In this document: one piece after another, positions 30,948 through 31,954 of the stretch | How the letters are laid out: every line of letters starts with the position of its first letter | Numbering within the stretch: the first letter of the stretch is position 1 | From: a virus | Taxonomy: Duplodnaviria > Caudoviricetes | Strand: one strand, 5' to 3' | Virus record (IMG/VR): IMGVR_UViG_3300031965_000110 | Coordinates: 1-31,954 of that record | Length of the DNA stretch: 31,954 nt | Notes under the pieces: model-generated | What the model was told of the DNA's origin: nothing | Database searches by the model: none | The model's input: only the letters and a program-made list of their open reading frames with translations | Position numbers and translations under genes: made by a program

Positions 30948-31318
30948 AGGTCAAGGTCCTGAGGAGCTTCACCGCATTCGTCGGAGAGAACTCGGTGTCC
31001 GGCAGCCAGGGACAGGAGCTCGAGATGCCCGACGGAGCCGACTGGGTCAAGGCGGGTCTGGTCGAGCCGCTCGAGGAGAGCGACGCGGAGGCCGAGAAGG
31101 CCGAGAAGAAAGCCAAGGCGGAGGCCGAGAAGGCCGAGAAGAAAGCCAAGGCGGAGGCCGAGAAGGCCGAGAAGAAAGCCAAGGCGGAGGCCGAGAAGGC
31201 CGAGAAGAGGGCTCCAGAGACGGCCGCCGTGAAGCCTCCGGAGGCCGCGGTGGTTCCCGAGGGTAAGGCTCGCGGCGGTGTCATGTCCACCGAGTCGCTC
31301 AAGCCGAAGAAGAGCTAG
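30944..31318 (+). CDS. Small capsid-adjacent protein with Ala/Glu/Lys repeat tail (124 aa)
   Basis: AAGGAG upstream; MKVKVLRSF...GQELE...WVKAGLVEP then (AEAEKAEKKAK)n. Confidence 0.7.
   Translation: MKVKVLRSFTAFVGENSVSGSQGQELEMPDGADWVKAGLVEPLEESDAEAEKAEKKAKAEAEKAEKKAKAEAEKAEKKAKAEAEKAEKRAPETAAVKPPEAAVVPEGKARGGVMSTESLKPKKS
31085..31208 (+). repeat. Perfect 33-nt tandem repeat, 3.75 copies
   Basis: gcggaggccgagaaggccgagaagaaagccaag x3 plus 25 nt. Confidence 0.95.
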
Positions 31319-31321
31319 GGC

Positions 31322-31335
31322 GTTTCCAGGGAAAC
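31322..31335. promoter_or_regulatory. parS-like palindrome GTTTCCAGGGAAAC
   Basis: Intergenic dyad; last bases of identity with the window start. Confidence 0.6.
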
Positions 31336-31345
31336 AAGGGACGCT

Positions 31346-31954
31346 GTGCTCAACCTCTACGCCACACCATCGGAGATCAAGGCAGCTCTCCCCGACTCGA
31401 TCCGGGCGACGACGATCGCCTATGACGCCCTGCTGCTGCGCCTGGCCAGCGAGGCCAGCCGGTTCATCGATCACTCTTGCGAGCGGACGTTCTTCCCGTC
31501 TCTGGAGACGCGCTACTTCGATGGGAGGGGCGGCAGGAAGCTGACGGTCAAGGATCTCTTCTCGCTCACCACGCTGGAGATCAGCGACGACGACGGAGCG
31601 ACCTTCACGGCCCTCACTCTCGACACCGATTTTCGGCTGACCCGATGGGGGGACCACAACGACCCGCGCAGCTGGACGCAGATCGTTCTCGATCCCAACG
31701 GCTCGGAAGGGGCCTGGCCGGTTGGGTTCCGGGCGATCAAGATCGTGGGCGTGTGGGGCTTTGCCGATGACCGCGCCACGGCCTGGGAAGACTCCACGGA
31801 CGAGGTGGAGAGCAACCCCCTGGCCGCCGGCGCCGTCAGTCTGACGGTGAATGATGCGGATGGGCCCGACCTACTCGGGGTCACGCCGCGCTTCCAGGCC
31901 GGCCAGCTCTTGCGCATCGAGAGCGAGTTCGCCTACTGCAGCGCCACCAATACC
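31346..31954 (+). CDS. Head-tail connector, allele Y (runs off the window; completed by 738-1004 on circularisation)
   Basis: GTG start; MLNLYATPSEIKAALPDSIRATT...SRFIDHSCERTFFP...IKIVGVWGFADDRATAWED; homologous to 129-1004. Confidence 0.8.
   Translation, partial: MLNLYATPSEIKAALPDSIRATTIAYDALLLRLASEASRFIDHSCERTFFPSLETRYFDGRGGRKLTVKDLFSLTTLEISDDDGATFTALTLDTDFRLTRWGDHNDPRSWTQIVLDPNGSEGAWPVGFRAIKIVGVWGFADDRATAWEDSTDEVESNPLAAGAVSLTVNDADGPDLLGVTPRFQAGQLLRIESEFAYCSATNT

Larger units (their letters stand above)
1..31954. mobile_element. Complete circular siphophage genome (HK97-like head, non-contractile tail), unit length 31,217 bp plus a 737-nt overlap
   Basis: Full set of packaging, head, tail, lysis and replication genes in canonical order. 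Both ends overlap with a constant offset of 31217 (1-118 = 31218-31335; 611-737 = 31828-31954). Confidence 0.93.

Noticed and set aside
1-31954. tRNA, rRNA or IS elements
   Set aside because: No cloverleaf, rRNA-like or transposase signatures were seen by eye; a tRNAscan/ISEScan run would be needed to exclude them formally.

Overview
The window is an essentially complete, circularly closed genome of a GC-rich HK97/lambda-like siphophage. The unit length is 31,217 bp: positions 1-737 are repeated at 31218-31954, but with a divergent ~430-bp interior. Almost every gene is on the + strand, in this order: neck and tail genes (129-9291, including a -1 frameshifted tail chaperone), lysis (9311-10992), a bidirectional terminator, an orphan minus-strand fragment resembling a serine-integrase C-terminus with no recognisable CI repressor, and an early/replication region (HTH, wHTH, HNH, DnaA_N-type initiator with iterons, HerA-like ATPase). 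Then follow HNH-cos-terS-terL, a portal-MuF fusion, a putative head-fibre cassette, protease, capsid, a free-standing GIY-YIG endonuclease, a glycosyltransferase and a second allele of the head-tail connector. A Chloroflexota host is inferred only from recalled protein motifs. The most notable signals are: (1) five dispersed parS-like palindromes GTTTCC-N2-GGAAAC in a genome with no parA/parB and no intact integrase; (2) a duplicated, covarying two-hairpin leader element in front of both late operons; (3) two ~55%-identical, equal-length alleles of the connector N-terminus whose left breakpoint falls exactly on one of the palindromes. All family calls come from motif recognition and synteny; no database searches were run.
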